Assembly (NCBI GenBank): GCA_946538975.1
Contig: CAMNHF010000001.1
Span: forward strand, 10,431 to 74,430
Reading direction: 5' to 3'
Length of the DNA: 64,000 nucleotides
Origin: an uncultured Clostridia bacterium
GTDB taxonomy: Bacteria > Bacillota > Clostridia > Christensenellales > Aristaeellaceae
How positions within the stretch are numbered: the first letter of the stretch is position 1; every line of letters begins with the position of its first letter. The notes beneath the pieces were generated by a model, which worked only from the letters and a program-made list of their open reading frames with translations, made no database searches and was not told where the DNA came from. The translations under genes and the position numbers were made by a program. Positions 35,251 through 44,527 of this stretch are shown in pieces.

Positions 35251-35305
35251 GGGCATCCTCCTTGCCGGTTATTGAGCGGTATCGCCCCGCATGGGGGCTG
35301 CGTGT

Positions 35306-35334
35306 AGTGTAGCACATTCTCTGCGGATTGTTAA
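35306..35334 (-). promoter_or_regulatory. putative promoter of serC-serA
   Basis: Minus strand TTAACA, 17 nt, TACACT with an upstream TG. Confidence 0.4.
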
Positions 35335-35377
35335 TCAAAAAACGAAGAAAAGACAGACAATGTTTTTGTGCATTCAT

Positions 35378-35414
35378 ACAGAAAACCGCGCCGGATTGCA
35401 CACCTGACGCGGTT
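35378..35414 (-). terminator. probable terminator after the metallophosphoesterase gene
   Basis: Minus strand AACCGCG, 17-nt loop, CGCGGTT followed by TTCTG. Confidence 0.4.
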
Positions 35415-35445
35415 TGGCCGGGGTTTCACCAGATCAGACAGCTGT

Positions 35446-36306
35446 TCATGAACTGAACGTTTCCCGGCATTGCTTCCAGAATGTTCGGCTGTCCACCGGC
35501 TCCGGCCAGGGGAAGGAAGCGTCGGCCGCATGCCAGGCCTCCTCACTGCCGAAGGCCAGGCCCAGGGCTTTCGCCGTCCGGTTCACGTGCGCCATCAGTG
35601 GCAGCACGGTCTCCTCGCCGCGGCGCATGATCTGCCACACGGCGCGGCTGACCTCCGGGGCGGCCTCCGCCAGACCGCCGCGAAGGAAGGCGCGGGCCTC
35701 CTCCGCCGGATCATAGGCCGCGGCGCAGCGGGTCAGCCGCCAATTCTCGCCGTCCAGCTCCAGCAGCGCGAAGGGCGCGATGCCGCCGAAGCCCGCCATC
35801 TCCGTCAGCCCCGCGGAGCCGGGATTGAAGGCCGTCCGCCCGCCCGCCGTGACGCGCCAGCAGACATGCCGGTGGCCGCTGAGCAGCAGGGTCACGCCCT
35901 CCGGCAGGCCCGGCAGCAGCGAGCCGATCGTGGCGGCGTCCATCAGCAGGTAGGGGTCGCCGGGCACGCCGTGGGTGCACAGCATGGGCCCCAAGCGGAC
36001 ATCCGTCGGCAGCGCCGCGAGGGCCGGGGCGTATTCCGCCAGCCGCTCCGCCGTCCAGAGGAGGCCGTTCCAGTTGTACCCGGCGAAATCCGCCAGGTGC
36101 CCCAGCCGTTCCTCGTGGTTCCCCAGCAGCATCAGCGCGCCGAGCCCGGACAGCCGTTCGTGCACCTCGCGGGGCCGCGGGCCGAAATTGACGGCGTCGC
36201 CCAGCGAGATGATCCGGCTGCAGCTCCGGGCCGCGCGGGTCGCGAGGATGGCCTCCAGCGCGGACAGATTGCCGTGCAGGTCGCTGAGCACCAGGTACCG
36301 GGTCAT
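35446..36306 (-). CDS. metallophosphoesterase
   Basis: LSDLHGN, GDAVNFGP, GNHEE and GHRHV motifs. ATG overlaps the upstream stop (ATGA). Confidence 0.8.
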   Translation of the reverse strand: MTRYLVLSDLHGNLSALEAILATRAARSCSRIISLGDAVNFGPRPREVHERLSGLGALMLLGNHEERLGHLADFAGYNWNGLLWTAERLAEYAPALAALPTDVRLGPMLCTHGVPGDPYLLMDAATIGSLLPGLPEGVTLLLSGHRHVCWRVTAGGRTAFNPGSAGLTEMAGFGGIAPFALLELDGENWRLTRCAAAYDPAEEARAFLRGGLAEAAPEVSRAVWQIMRRGEETVLPLMAHVNRTAKALGLAFGSEEAWHAADASFPWPEPVDSRTFWKQCRETFSS

Positions 36307-37373
36307 TGGGCGGGCAGCAGGGGCTTCAGGAAGGCGGCCAGCTCCTCCGCCATCTCCGTCTGCTCCGGGATGCGCGGATGCCCCGCCGTGCCGCGGCCAT
36401 TGCGGCGGAAGCGGTACCGCTGCGCGTTCAGGCCTTCCGCGCGCAGCTCCGCCGTGATCTCATCAATCGCCTCGTCCCAGCCCTCGTCGTGCATGATCAG
36501 CGTGGTGATGAACACCAGCGGCGTTCCCTCGGGATACTTGCCGGCCACGCCGCGGGCGATGCCCTTGTAGGCCTCCTTCCAGCGGGCGTGGTGAGCCGGG
36601 TCGCCGATGTCGATGTCATTCTGATCGGTCAGGGTATTGTGATGGTCGTTCTGCCCCAGGGCAAACACCACCGCGTGGGGCGTGAAGCGGCTGAAATCCC
36701 ACTTCGTGTACGCGCCGGCCTCGGGGAAATAGCACAGGCGGTCCCAGGTCTGCACCATGCCGATGCCCTCGGGGTAGTGGAAGTATCCCGTGTCGTCCAG
36801 CACCGCGATGCCGCCCTGGCTGGTGGTGTGCACCTCGGCCCCCAGCAGGCGGCCGCACTGCCAGGCGTAGCTCCACCAGGCATTGTCATAGGCCGAGTCG
36901 TTGGAGCAGGGATCGGTGCGGCCCACATAGTCCACGGCCTCCACGCAGGCGCCGCTGGTCACGCTGTCGCCGTAGAACTCCAGCCGCAGCGCCGGCCGCT
37001 CCGGCGGCGCGAGAAAGGCTCCGTCGCAGCTGAACCCGTGCAGGGCATAGCTGTAGGAGCAGTCCAGCCGCTTGTACACCAGCACCGTGTGCATCTCCTC
37101 CGGCGCGAGATTCTCCGCCAGGAGCAGCTGCAGCCGCCGGCCGTTCTGCTCTTTCGTCACCGGCACCTTCGACAGGCGGCCGTCCACGACCAGGCCCAGG
37201 GAATTGGTGCCCCACACCACATTGGGCGTCACCGCGCATTCCAGCCGGCTGCCGGTGAACCGCACGCAGGCAAACGACGCCGGCCAGTAGAACACCGCGT
37301 CCCCGCCCTGCGCCGCCACGCGCCCGGTCAGCTGCACCTCCGGCGCGTCCATCCGCACCTGCTTCATCTCCAT
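36303..37373 (-). CDS. SGNH/GDSL hydrolase with N-terminal beta-sandwich (CE2-like acetylesterase)
   Basis: FYGDSVTSG (GDS block), GQND, and the C-terminal DEGWDE region. Start at MEMKQV with GGAGGAGAG upstream. Confidence 0.7.
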   Translation of the reverse strand: MEMKQVRMDAPEVQLTGRVAAQGGDAVFYWPASFACVRFTGSRLECAVTPNVVWGTNSLGLVVDGRLSKVPVTKEQNGRRLQLLLAENLAPEEMHTVLVYKRLDCSYSYALHGFSCDGAFLAPPERPALRLEFYGDSVTSGACVEAVDYVGRTDPCSNDSAYDNAWWSYAWQCGRLLGAEVHTTSQGGIAVLDDTGYFHYPEGIGMVQTWDRLCYFPEAGAYTKWDFSRFTPHAVVFALGQNDHHNTLTDQNDIDIGDPAHHARWKEAYKGIARGVAGKYPEGTPLVFITTLIMHDEGWDEAIDEITAELRAEGLNAQRYRFRRNGRGTAGHPRIPEQTEMAEELAAFLKPLLPAQ

Positions 37374-37509
37374 CGCTCTCTCCTCCGTCCGTCGGGCTGA
37401 TTTCCGTCCCATCTTACCATGAAACGCCTGCCAAGGCAAGCGCCCTCGCGGCAGGATTCCGCCGCCGCCCGCAGAATTTCATATTATGGCCGGGAAGGGA
37501 GGGAGAGGC

Positions 37510-37908
37510 ATGGAGGCGGACATTCTGCAATTCTTCACTGTGCAGCCGGCGGCGCTGCCGATCTATGAGGCGCTGGAGGCGGAGATCCGCGCGCTGTTTC
37601 CGGACGCGCGGCGCCGCGTGCAGAAGACGCAGATCACGTTCGACCACCGCTGCGTGTTCGCCTGCGTGTCCTTTCTGCGCGTCCTCAACAAGGCCCTGCT
37701 GCCGAGCCCGTATCTCGTGCTCACCCTGGGCCTGCCGGGGCCGCTGGACAGTGCGCGCGCCGCGGTGCAGACGGAGCCGTACCCCGGCCGCTGGACCGTG
37801 CACATCCCCCTGGGCCGCCCGGACGAGGTGGACGCCGAGCTGCTCTCCTGGCTCCGCGCGTCCTATGCCTTCTCCGAAACCAAGCGGCAGGCGCCGCGTA
37901 AAATGTGA
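37510..37908 (+). CDS. DUF5655/YdhG-like small protein
   Basis: 133 aa (MEADILQFF...QKTQITFDHRCVFACV...). Family assignment is from memory only. Confidence 0.5.
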   Translation: MEADILQFFTVQPAALPIYEALEAEIRALFPDARRRVQKTQITFDHRCVFACVSFLRVLNKALLPSPYLVLTLGLPGPLDSARAAVQTEPYPGRWTVHIPLGRPDEVDAELLSWLRASYAFSETKRQAPRKM

Positions 37909-37999
37909 AGAACAGTTGCGGGGGCAGCGGTGCGGCGGCTGTTTCTGGGTTGTTTCCGATCCTTTCCGATCATTTCCAGTGCATGCCGTGGATCCGATC

Positions 38000-38028
38000 T
38001 TGTCAAATGATGCGGGGCATGGTATAAT
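38000..38028 (+). promoter_or_regulatory. near-consensus sigma-A promoter of the 22-codon mini-gene
   Basis: TTGTCA(38000-38005), 17 nt, TATAAT(38023-38028). Confidence 0.6.
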
Positions 38029-38051
38029 GGTACAAAAAGAGGGTGTAAACA

Positions 38052-38120
38052 GTGCTGATTTTCGCCATTGTTTACCTGGTTCTATTTGTTCTTTTCGGCC
38101 TTGCAAAGCTGTATAAGTAA
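38052..38120 (+). CDS. 22-aa hydrophobic peptide (candidate small membrane protein or type I toxin)
   Basis: GTG start 6 nt after GAGGGTG. Translation is (M)LIFAIVYLVLFVLFGLAKLYK then stop. Flanked by its own promoter and terminator. Below the ORF-track cutoff. Confidence 0.45.
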   Translation: MLIFAIVYLVLFVLFGLAKLYK

Positions 38121-38139
38121 CGATCAATTCCCGTTTATC

Positions 38140-38166
38140 CCTGCCGCCATCGGCAGGTTTTTTCTT
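38140..38166 (+). terminator. rho-independent terminator of the mini-gene
   Basis: CCTGCCG, ccat, CGGCAGG followed by TTTTTTC. Confidence 0.6.
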
Positions 38167-38290
38167 TTCGGGGGGGATGATAGCCCAGGCGCGGGGATCG
38201 AAAGGGATTACCGTAAGTTGCAATTTCAATACGCAAGCCCATTTCCGGCGAAGTCACGCTCCCGCGATGAACAGCTGTGCATGACATGAG

Positions 38291-38321
38291 AAAACCCCAC
38301 ATCCTGTAGGATGCGGGGTGC
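38291..38321 (-). terminator. rho-independent terminator after the tRNA pair
   Basis: Minus strand CCCCGCATCC, taca, GGATGTGGGG followed by TTTTCTC. Confidence 0.65.
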
Positions 38322-38327
38322 GTGGAG

Positions 38328-38415
38328 CGGAGAAGCCGGGATTTGAACCCGGGCTGCCATTTCTGACACTACTCCCTTAGCAGGGGAGCCCCTTCGGCCA
38401 CTTGGGTACTTCTCC
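38328..38415 (-). tRNA. tRNA-Ser (anticodon GCU), no encoded CCA
   Basis: Hand-folded. Acceptor GGAGAAG/CTTCTCC, anticodon arm CTCCC-CTGCTAA-GGGAG, long variable arm, T-arm CCGGG-TTCAAAT-CCCGG, discriminator G. Confidence 0.85.
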
Positions 38416-38435
38416 ACGTGGACGGTGAAACAAGC

Positions 38436-38524
38436 TGGCGGAGAGAGAGGGATTCGAACCCCCGGTGCCTTACGACATCACTGGTTTTCAAGACCAGCGC
38501 CTTCAACCGCTCGGCCATCTCTCC
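38436..38524 (-). tRNA. tRNA-Ser (anticodon UGA), CCA encoded
   Basis: Hand-folded. Acceptor GGAGAGA/TCTCTCC, anticodon arm CTGGT-CTTGAAA-ACCAG, long variable arm, T-loop TTCGAAT, 3' GCCA. Confidence 0.85.
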
Positions 38525-38868
38525 CCACAACCAGCATCGCAATTATACATGATGTTTCCGCTTTCGTCAAGCGGTAATTTTGGGATTGCAAAACGAAGCC
38601 GCCAAAAGCGCGCCGCAGACAGACGGGGCACGATCCGGCAGGCGTCTGAGCCGAAGCGCGGGGTCAGGCAGCCATTTCCCCTCCGGAAGGCCGTATCGGG
38701 GCGCTCACCGAGGCGGAGGCGAAGGCGATCGGTTTCATGGATTTCTAATCTTTTCACAATCTTCCTCTTCTGGTATTTCGGGCGGAATCTGCTATGATAC
38801 AGCCGTACCCGGGAGCAGCCGATGCTGAGCGGTTCAGCCGGTGGGGCCCCCGGAAGGAGGATACCGAG

Positions 38869-39180
38869 ATGTTCGCGCTGTTCTTTCTTCCCTTTTTCCT
38901 GATAATGGAAGTCGCCATGTTCCCGCTCCGCGTGATGCTGATGCTCCTGCGGCGCACCGGCTTCCTGGCCGCGCTGGTGGTCTTCGGGCTGTTCTCCATG
39001 GTGGGCGGAATGATCCGCCATATGCTGCCGCTGGTGCTGATCGGCGTGGGCCTGTGGCTGATCTACGGCGCCTACGTCTCCGCGAAAGCCAAGAAGGAAG
39101 GCACCGAGGTGCCGGACATCGGCCGCGCCTTCCGCGAGAGCACCGAGCGCGTCCGCAGCTATGTGCGCAGCCGCGTGTAA
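38869..39180 (+). CDS. small membrane protein, function unknown
   Basis: 103 aa with three predicted TM helices (MFALFFLPFFLIMEVAMF..., FLAALVVFGLFSMVGGMI, LPLVLIGVGLWLIYGAYV). RBS GGAGG 8 nt upstream. Confidence 0.6.
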   Translation: MFALFFLPFFLIMEVAMFPLRVMLMLLRRTGFLAALVVFGLFSMVGGMIRHMLPLVLIGVGLWLIYGAYVSAKAKKEGTEVPDIGRAFRESTERVRSYVRSRV

Positions 39181-39294
39181 GGCCGCTGCCCGAAATGGGG
39201 CGTCCCCGCAAGAGGGCGCTCCTTTTCTTTGCCTTGACGCGGCGGGGCCGGCGTGGTACACTCAGGGGGACGAAACAGCAAGGAGATGAGCCTG

Positions 39295-40089
39295 ATGGCA
39301 AGCCCGCATTCCGCCCGTCTTTGCGTGCTGGGCACGGAGCAGGAGCTGTACCGCCTGCTCTGCGCGATGCTGGAGAACGACTGCTGGCTGGATCCGCTGG
39401 ACCCGGACAGCCGGCCGAAGAGCCTGCAGGAGGCCGCGGAGCTGGTGGCGCAGGACACCGCGAAGGATGAATACGGCGACGGCTTCCGCTATTCGATGGT
39501 GCACCCGAGCCCCTTCGGCAGCGCGGTGCCCGGCAGCTGCCGCCTGCGCCTGCAGCCGCAGCCCGGCGGTCTTTGGAGCGCCTGCTTTGCCTGGCAGAGT
39601 CAGGATCCCATGCAGCAGCGCGACTGGCTCCACCTGCAGCAGCGGGCCGGCTGGCCCCTGATGACGGCGCTGGCCTGCGGCGAAAACTTCGACGAGGAGA
39701 CCGCCGCCTACATCTTCACCCGCGACCGGGTGCACGCGGACTATGACTGGATGGACTGCGTGTGGCTGTTCCTCGCCCACAGCTACGGCGAGGGCCTGCC
39801 GCCGGCGGAGGCCGGGGCGTGGAAGCGGCAGATGGACGCGATGCTGCGCGAGGGCGAGCTGGACTGGACGATCGACGAGGTGATCCGCGACAGCGAGGCC
39901 AATCTCCACCGCGTGATGGAGGCCGTGCAGGATCCGGAGGCGCTGGCCCGCGCGATGGACGAGGCCCTGCAGATGCGCGATTTCGACGCGCTGCTGGCGG
40001 CGCGGATGGCCATTGCGGAGGCGGTGCTCTGGGACACGGAGCACGCGCAGAAATGGCTGGCGGCCCTGCGCACGCTGGCGAACGCCTGA
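39295..40089 (+). CDS. hypothetical cytoplasmic protein
   Basis: 264 aa with protein-like composition, no recognised family. Start at the Met best spaced from AAGGAG. Confidence 0.5.
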   Translation: MASPHSARLCVLGTEQELYRLLCAMLENDCWLDPLDPDSRPKSLQEAAELVAQDTAKDEYGDGFRYSMVHPSPFGSAVPGSCRLRLQPQPGGLWSACFAWQSQDPMQQRDWLHLQQRAGWPLMTALACGENFDEETAAYIFTRDRVHADYDWMDCVWLFLAHSYGEGLPPAEAGAWKRQMDAMLREGELDWTIDEVIRDSEANLHRVMEAVQDPEALARAMDEALQMRDFDALLAARMAIAEAVLWDTEHAQKWLAALRTLANA

Positions 40090-40227
40090 GCGCCGGTGGC
40101 AAAATGTACAAAACCGCAAAATAAAGATTGGAGGTTTTGTCAATTTCATTTTGGCCCGCAATCGCATATAATGCAATCAGTCAAAGGTCTCCTTCGGGAG
40201 GCTCCAAACAATAAGGAGGAATGCAAC

Positions 40228-41394
40228 ATGGCAAATGTTCTGCTCAAGCACATCTACAAGGTGTATGCCGGCGGCGTGACGGCTGTCAGCGACTTCTGCC
40301 TTGAGATCCAGGACAAGGAATTCATCGTGCTGGTCGGCCCCTCTGGCTGCGGCAAGTCCACCACCCTGCGTATGGTCGCCGGTCTGGAAGAGATCTCCGA
40401 TGGCGAGCTGTACATCGAGGACCGTCTGGTGAACGACGTGGCTCCCAAGGACCGCGACATTGCCATGGTGTTCCAGAACTACGCTCTGTATCCCCACATG
40501 ACCGTGTATGACAACATGGCCTTCGGTCTGAAGCTGCGCAAGACCCCCAAGGATGAGATCAAGCGCCGCGTGGACGAAGCCGCCCACATCCTGGGCATCG
40601 ACCACCTGCTGACCCGTAAGCCCAAGGCTCTGTCCGGCGGCCAGCGTCAGCGCGTTGCTCTGGGCCGTGCCATCGTCCGTGAGCCCAAGGTCTTCCTGTT
40701 CGACGAGCCTCTGTCCAACCTGGACGCCAAGCTGCGCGTGCAGATGCGCACGGAGATCACCAAGCTGCATCAGCGCCTGCAGACCACCTTCATCTACGTT
40801 ACCCATGACCAGACCGAGGCCATGACGATGGCTTCCCGCATCGTGGTCATGAAGGACGGCGTTGTGCAGCAGGTGGATACGCCCCAGAACCTGTACGACT
40901 ATCCGGCCAATGAGTTCGTCGCCGGCTTCATCGGCAGCCCGCAGATGAACTTCTTCAACGTCATCCTCCGCAAGGAAGGCCAGGACATCTACGCTGTGTT
41001 CGGCGAGGGCGACTGCAACCGCGTCCTCGTGCCCGCCGCGAAGGTCGCCAAGTTCGTCGACGAGAGCTGCATCGGCCGCGAGGTCGTCATGGGCATCCGT
41101 CCTGAGAACATCGACGACTCTCCCGAAGCGATCGCGGCCCATCCGGAAGCCGCCATCGACGTGCACGTGGAAGTCACCGAGCAGATGGGCTCCGAGACCT
41201 ATCTGTATCTGACCACCTCCGGCAAGGACGGCAACATCATCGCCCGCGTCGATCCGCGCACCGCGAGCCGCGCCGGCCTGGACATCAAGGTCGTCTTCGA
41301 CACCAACCACCTGCACTTCTTCGACAAGGCCACCGAGATCACCCTGCTGGAGAGCGATCCCGCCGAGCGTGCGAAGCACCTCACCGAGATCTGA
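40228..41394 (+). CDS. sugar ABC transporter ATP-binding protein (MsmK/MalK/UgpC type)
   Basis: Walker [11 protein letters not shown]-loop, signature LSGGQRQR, Walker [10 protein letters not shown], plus a C-terminal TOBE region. RBS AAGGAGGA. No permease genes adjacent. Confidence 0.9.
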   Translation: MANVLLKHIYKVYAGGVTAVSDFCLEIQDKEFIVLVGPSGCGKSTTLRMVAGLEEISDGELYIEDRLVNDVAPKDRDIAMVFQNYALYPHMTVYDNMAFGLKLRKTPKDEIKRRVDEAAHILGIDHLLTRKPKALSGGQRQRVALGRAIVREPKVFLFDEPLSNLDAKLRVQMRTEITKLHQRLQTTFIYVTHDQTEAMTMASRIVVMKDGVVQQVDTPQNLYDYPANEFVAGFIGSPQMNFFNVILRKEGQDIYAVFGEGDCNRVLVPAAKVAKFVDESCIGREVVMGIRPENIDDSPEAIAAHPEAAIDVHVEVTEQMGSETYLYLTTSGKDGNIIARVDPRTASRAGLDIKVVFDTNHLHFFDKATEITLLESDPAERAKHLTEI

Positions 41395-41412
41395 TCATCC
41401 CTTGCAATCCCA

Positions 41413-41448
41413 GGCTCCCGCTGAAAGGCGGGGGCCTTTTCATTTTGA
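41413..41448 (+). terminator. rho-independent terminator after the ABC ATPase gene
   Basis: GGCTCCCGC, tgaaa, GGCGGGGGCC followed by TTTTCATTTT. Confidence 0.55.
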
Positions 41449-41688
41449 CAGGCAGGGCGGAAAATGCGATAATCCCATATCAGTCCATGGCGGCAGGGGG
41501 CAGCGCCGCACCGCCAAGGGAGAATGGGGAAGCAATGAAGAAGCCCAATTTTTCGTCAAGTTCGCCGTTTATCAGATCGTCATCCTGATCGTCCTGATCG
41601 GCGCGGTGATACACAAATCTGCGCCCAGCCGTCCCCTCTGCCGGACTGGTCCGAAGCCGCGCCGGAGGTCTGGAAGCAGCGGGAAATC

Positions 41689-42261
41689 GTGCCGATGCTG
41701 TCGGTCGGCCTCTTCATCGAACAGTTTTCGATTGCACTTATTGCGTTCAGTTTCTGCTGCGAGAAAGAAAGCCGCTGGCTGTGGGCCAACCAGCAGAAGC
41801 TGATCACGTCCATCCATCTGAAGCGGGTGGAAGAGCTGAAGCAGCCCGGCCTGGAGGTTTTCTTTCTGCCCAAAAAGAAAAGGAAGGCCGCCATGTTCCG
41901 GGTGGTCTGCAGCGGTTACCGTTTTGCGCGCAGCCTCCGCATGCCATTGCTCGATCCGCAGTTTCAGGCGGTCATGGATCGGGTTGACAGTCCGGCGGTG
42001 CTCCGCGACCGGCACATCGTGAAAACCAGGATCATCGCGGCAGGCCATCGGTTCTGCACCGTGACGCAGCGCAATTCCCGCGCTGTGCGGAGCTCCTTCA
42101 ACGGTGTTGTCCACAGCTGGGGCACATCCCGCTCCATCTCGGAGCCCGGCAGCAGCCTCTTCACCTTCCTCGTGTTTTTCGACGACCGCAAAACCGTGAC
42201 GGAGAAAGCCTGGGAGGGCACGCCGCGCTGTGCTTTTCTGCTGGATAAGCTGGAGAAATGA
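41689..42261 (+). CDS. hypothetical protein (possibly 5'-degraded)
   Basis: 190-aa ORF with a plausible composition, followed by its own terminator. The frame is open back to 41539 without an ATG, and a separate MKKPNF... start at 41535 is out of frame. Confidence 0.4.
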   Translation: MPMLSVGLFIEQFSIALIAFSFCCEKESRWLWANQQKLITSIHLKRVEELKQPGLEVFFLPKKKRKAAMFRVVCSGYRFARSLRMPLLDPQFQAVMDRVDSPAVLRDRHIVKTRIIAAGHRFCTVTQRNSRAVRSSFNGVVHSWGTSRSISEPGSSLFTFLVFFDDRKTVTEKAWEGTPRCAFLLDKLEK

Positions 42262-42275
42262 CATGAGGCTCCTCG

Positions 42276-42307
42276 CCCTCTCCCCCGCGGAGAGGGTTTC
42301 GTTTTGT
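42276..42307 (+). terminator. rho-independent terminator after ORF 41689..42261
   Basis: CCCTCTCC, cccgc, GGAGAGGG followed by TTTCGTTTTG. Confidence 0.55.
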
Positions 42308-42885
42308 CAGCATTCGGCCCAGAGGCAGGAAAGGCACAACGCCAGCCCCCTCGCGCCCTCCTCCGCCGGGAGCGCCGTCACCGGCGGCACGTGGATGAAG
42401 CCGCAGGGGATGCCCCATTCCCGGCAGCGGCGGACCGTCCGGTAAAAGACGTCGTTGCAGACATAGCTGCCGGCCGACCAGGACAGGGCCGCGGGCAGTC
42501 CGGCCGCCCGCAGCGCCGCCGCCATCTCACGGACAGGCAGGCCGCTGAACAGGCCGTCCGGGCCGCCGGGTGCAATGGGCTGCCAGCGGGGCTGGGTGCC
42601 CGCGTTGTCGGGGATGCGGGCGTCGCACAGATTGACGGCGATCATCTCCGGCGTGATGGCGCTCCGACCGCCCGCGACACCGGTGCAGACAACGGCGTCA
42701 GGCCGCAGCTCCCCGGCCAGGCGCAGCACGGTCTCCGCGGCCCCGCCGAACACCACCGGCAGGCAGGCCCGGTGCACCGTCCAGCCGTCCAGCTGCTCCG
42801 GCAGCCGCCGCACCGCCTCCCAGGAGGCGTTGACCGCCTCGCCGCCAAAGGGCTCGAAGCCGGTCACCAGCACGCTTTTTGCCAC
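42307..42885 (-). CDS. pcp: pyroglutamyl-peptidase I
   Basis: VLVTGFEPFGGE...NASW...CTGVAGGRSAITPE...AGSYVCNDVFY...FIHVP are typical Pcp blocks. GTG start 7 nt after GGAGG. Confidence 0.85.
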   Translation of the reverse strand: MAKSVLVTGFEPFGGEAVNASWEAVRRLPEQLDGWTVHRACLPVVFGGAAETVLRLAGELRPDAVVCTGVAGGRSAITPEMIAVNLCDARIPDNAGTQPRWQPIAPGGPDGLFSGLPVREMAAALRAAGLPAALSWSAGSYVCNDVFYRTVRRCREWGIPCGFIHVPPVTALPAEEGARGLALCLSCLWAEC

Positions 42886-42920
42886 AGGCCAGCCTCCTTT
42901 GCAATCGCCGCGGCCCCTTT

Positions 42921-43205
42921 TCACTCAGCGTCGCAGAATTCGTAGTCCTCATTTTCCGCCTGCCAGAGGTAGAAGACCTCGTCGCTCTCGTCCTCATCCT
43001 CCACAAAGCGGAGCGACTCGCCGCCGTCCTCCGCGGGCGTCACCTCATAGATCGAGACGAACACATCCTCCTCGTCCGCCTCGGCGCCCTCCTCCGGCAC
43101 CTCCTGCAGCACCACATACTGCCGGCCGGCGCGGGTCAGCCGGGCCAGCAGGTCGAATGCAATATCCTCCCCCGTGTCCGAGGTCAGCACAATTCTCTCC
43201 GTCAT
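42921..43205 (-). CDS. DUF1292 domain protein
   Basis: 94-aa acidic protein (DTGEDIAFDLLARL...YVVLQEV...VEDEDESDEVF) matching the DUF1292 pattern, from memory. Confidence 0.65.
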   Translation of the reverse strand: MTERIVLTSDTGEDIAFDLLARLTRAGRQYVVLQEVPEEGAEADEEDVFVSIYEVTPAEDGGESLRFVEDEDESDEVFYLWQAENEDYEFCDAE

Positions 43206-43294
43206 GGGTCATCAGCTCCCTTCGCTGCTTCTATTGTACAGGGGAAACATGCCCGGGGCAAGGGGGCGGGCCGGGAATATTTCCGGACGGATGC

Positions 43295-44512
43295 TCATTG
43301 GACGAGGCGGAGATTGTCCTCCGGCGACTCCTCCATCACCTGGTTCATGTACAGGACTGAGGCGCTCTCTCCCAGGTACTTTTGCCACAGCAGCCAGCCG
43401 GCATCCTCCCGCCAGCCGGGATCGCCGCTCCGGAAGGTACCGCTGAAGCAGGCCCGGTTGAAGCGGGCGGAGAAGGCCAGCATCGCCTCCTGATCCGCCT
43501 CCGGGATGCCCCTGTCCGCCAGCATGGGGCGGTTTTTCTCCACGGTGATCGACGTGAACCATTCCTCGCTCATGGCCGCAAAGCCCTCGGGCAGGAAGGC
43601 CTCGTCCGGCGTGCGGGCCTCGTAGGTCAGCGTGCCGTCGTCCGCCAGCGTCACCAGCGCAAAGCGGTGGGGCCACACGCTCCACGCGCCGGTGGCGGCG
43701 TCGGCCGTGCCTCCGTCGCGGGCGATATGCTGGATGTGCATGTGGCCGGAGAGGTTCAGCCGCACGCCGTGCGCCTGCAGCCGCCGCAGCATGTCCTCAT
43801 GGCCGAACATCAGGTAGGTGTCCTGGCTGAAGCGCGTGTGCGGAATCAGGTTGTGATGCGTGAAGGTGAGCACCTCCGCCCCGGCCGCGTCCGCCGCCGA
43901 GAGCACCTGCTCCAGCCACGCGTCGTGATCCGCCATGTACACGCCGTAGACCTGCGCGCCGCCGTGCCAGACCGTCACGTCCGGCATAGCCAGCCAGAGC
44001 TCGCTGCTCAGCGGCACATGGTAGGACAGGTTCGCGCCGGCCCCGCCCTCCGCCGGCCGCATCAGCTCCGCGTAGATCGCGGCGAATTCCTCCGCCGTCA
44101 CCGCATCCGTCCAGCTCCACTGGCTGCCGTGGAAGGCGCGGGCGGCGTTGCTCTCAATGTCGTGGTTGCCGGGGATGACATAGACCGGGATGCCCTCCAG
44201 CCGGAGCGTGTTCAGCTTCTCCGCCAGCCGGATATGGCTCACCCGCTCGCCGTTGAAGGTGAGGTCGCCGGTGAGCACCAGCGCGTCGGGCCGCACTGCC
44301 CGCGCCTGGGCCAGCAGGGCGTCCAGCAGCTCGCCGCTGTACTGGGTCAGCTTGCCGTCCCCGGTGCACAGGGTGCGGATGAACAGCTCGCTGCCCTCAT
44401 ACAGCTCCGGCGCGAGGTAATGCAGATCGCTGGCCACCATCACGCGGTGCTCGCCCAGAGCGGCGCCTGCACAGAGGAGGCACAGCAGCACCAGCAGCGC
44501 AGTCCGTTTCAT
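43295..44512 (-). CDS. secreted metallophosphoesterase
   Basis: Signal peptide MKRTALLVLLCLLCAGAALG. Motifs VASDLHY, LTGDLTFNGE, IPGNHD and SGHMH. Confidence 0.8.
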   Translation of the reverse strand: MKRTALLVLLCLLCAGAALGEHRVMVASDLHYLAPELYEGSELFIRTLCTGDGKLTQYSGELLDALLAQARAVRPDALVLTGDLTFNGERVSHIRLAEKLNTLRLEGIPVYVIPGNHDIESNAARAFHGSQWSWTDAVTAEEFAAIYAELMRPAEGGAGANLSYHVPLSSELWLAMPDVTVWHGGAQVYGVYMADHDAWLEQVLSAADAAGAEVLTFTHHNLIPHTRFSQDTYLMFGHEDMLRRLQAHGVRLNLSGHMHIQHIARDGGTADAATGAWSVWPHRFALVTLADDGTLTYEARTPDEAFLPEGFAAMSEEWFTSITVEKNRPMLADRGIPEADQEAMLAFSARFNRACFSGTFRSGDPGWREDAGWLLWQKYLGESASVLYMNQVMEESPEDNLRLVQ

Positions 44513-44527
44513 CCTTCGCCTCCGTTC

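Noticed and set aside
38068-38289. 73-aa ORF listed in the track.
   Set aside because: It starts at a TTG inside the 22-codon mini-gene in another frame. It runs straight through the CCTGCCG/CGGCAGG-T6 terminator.
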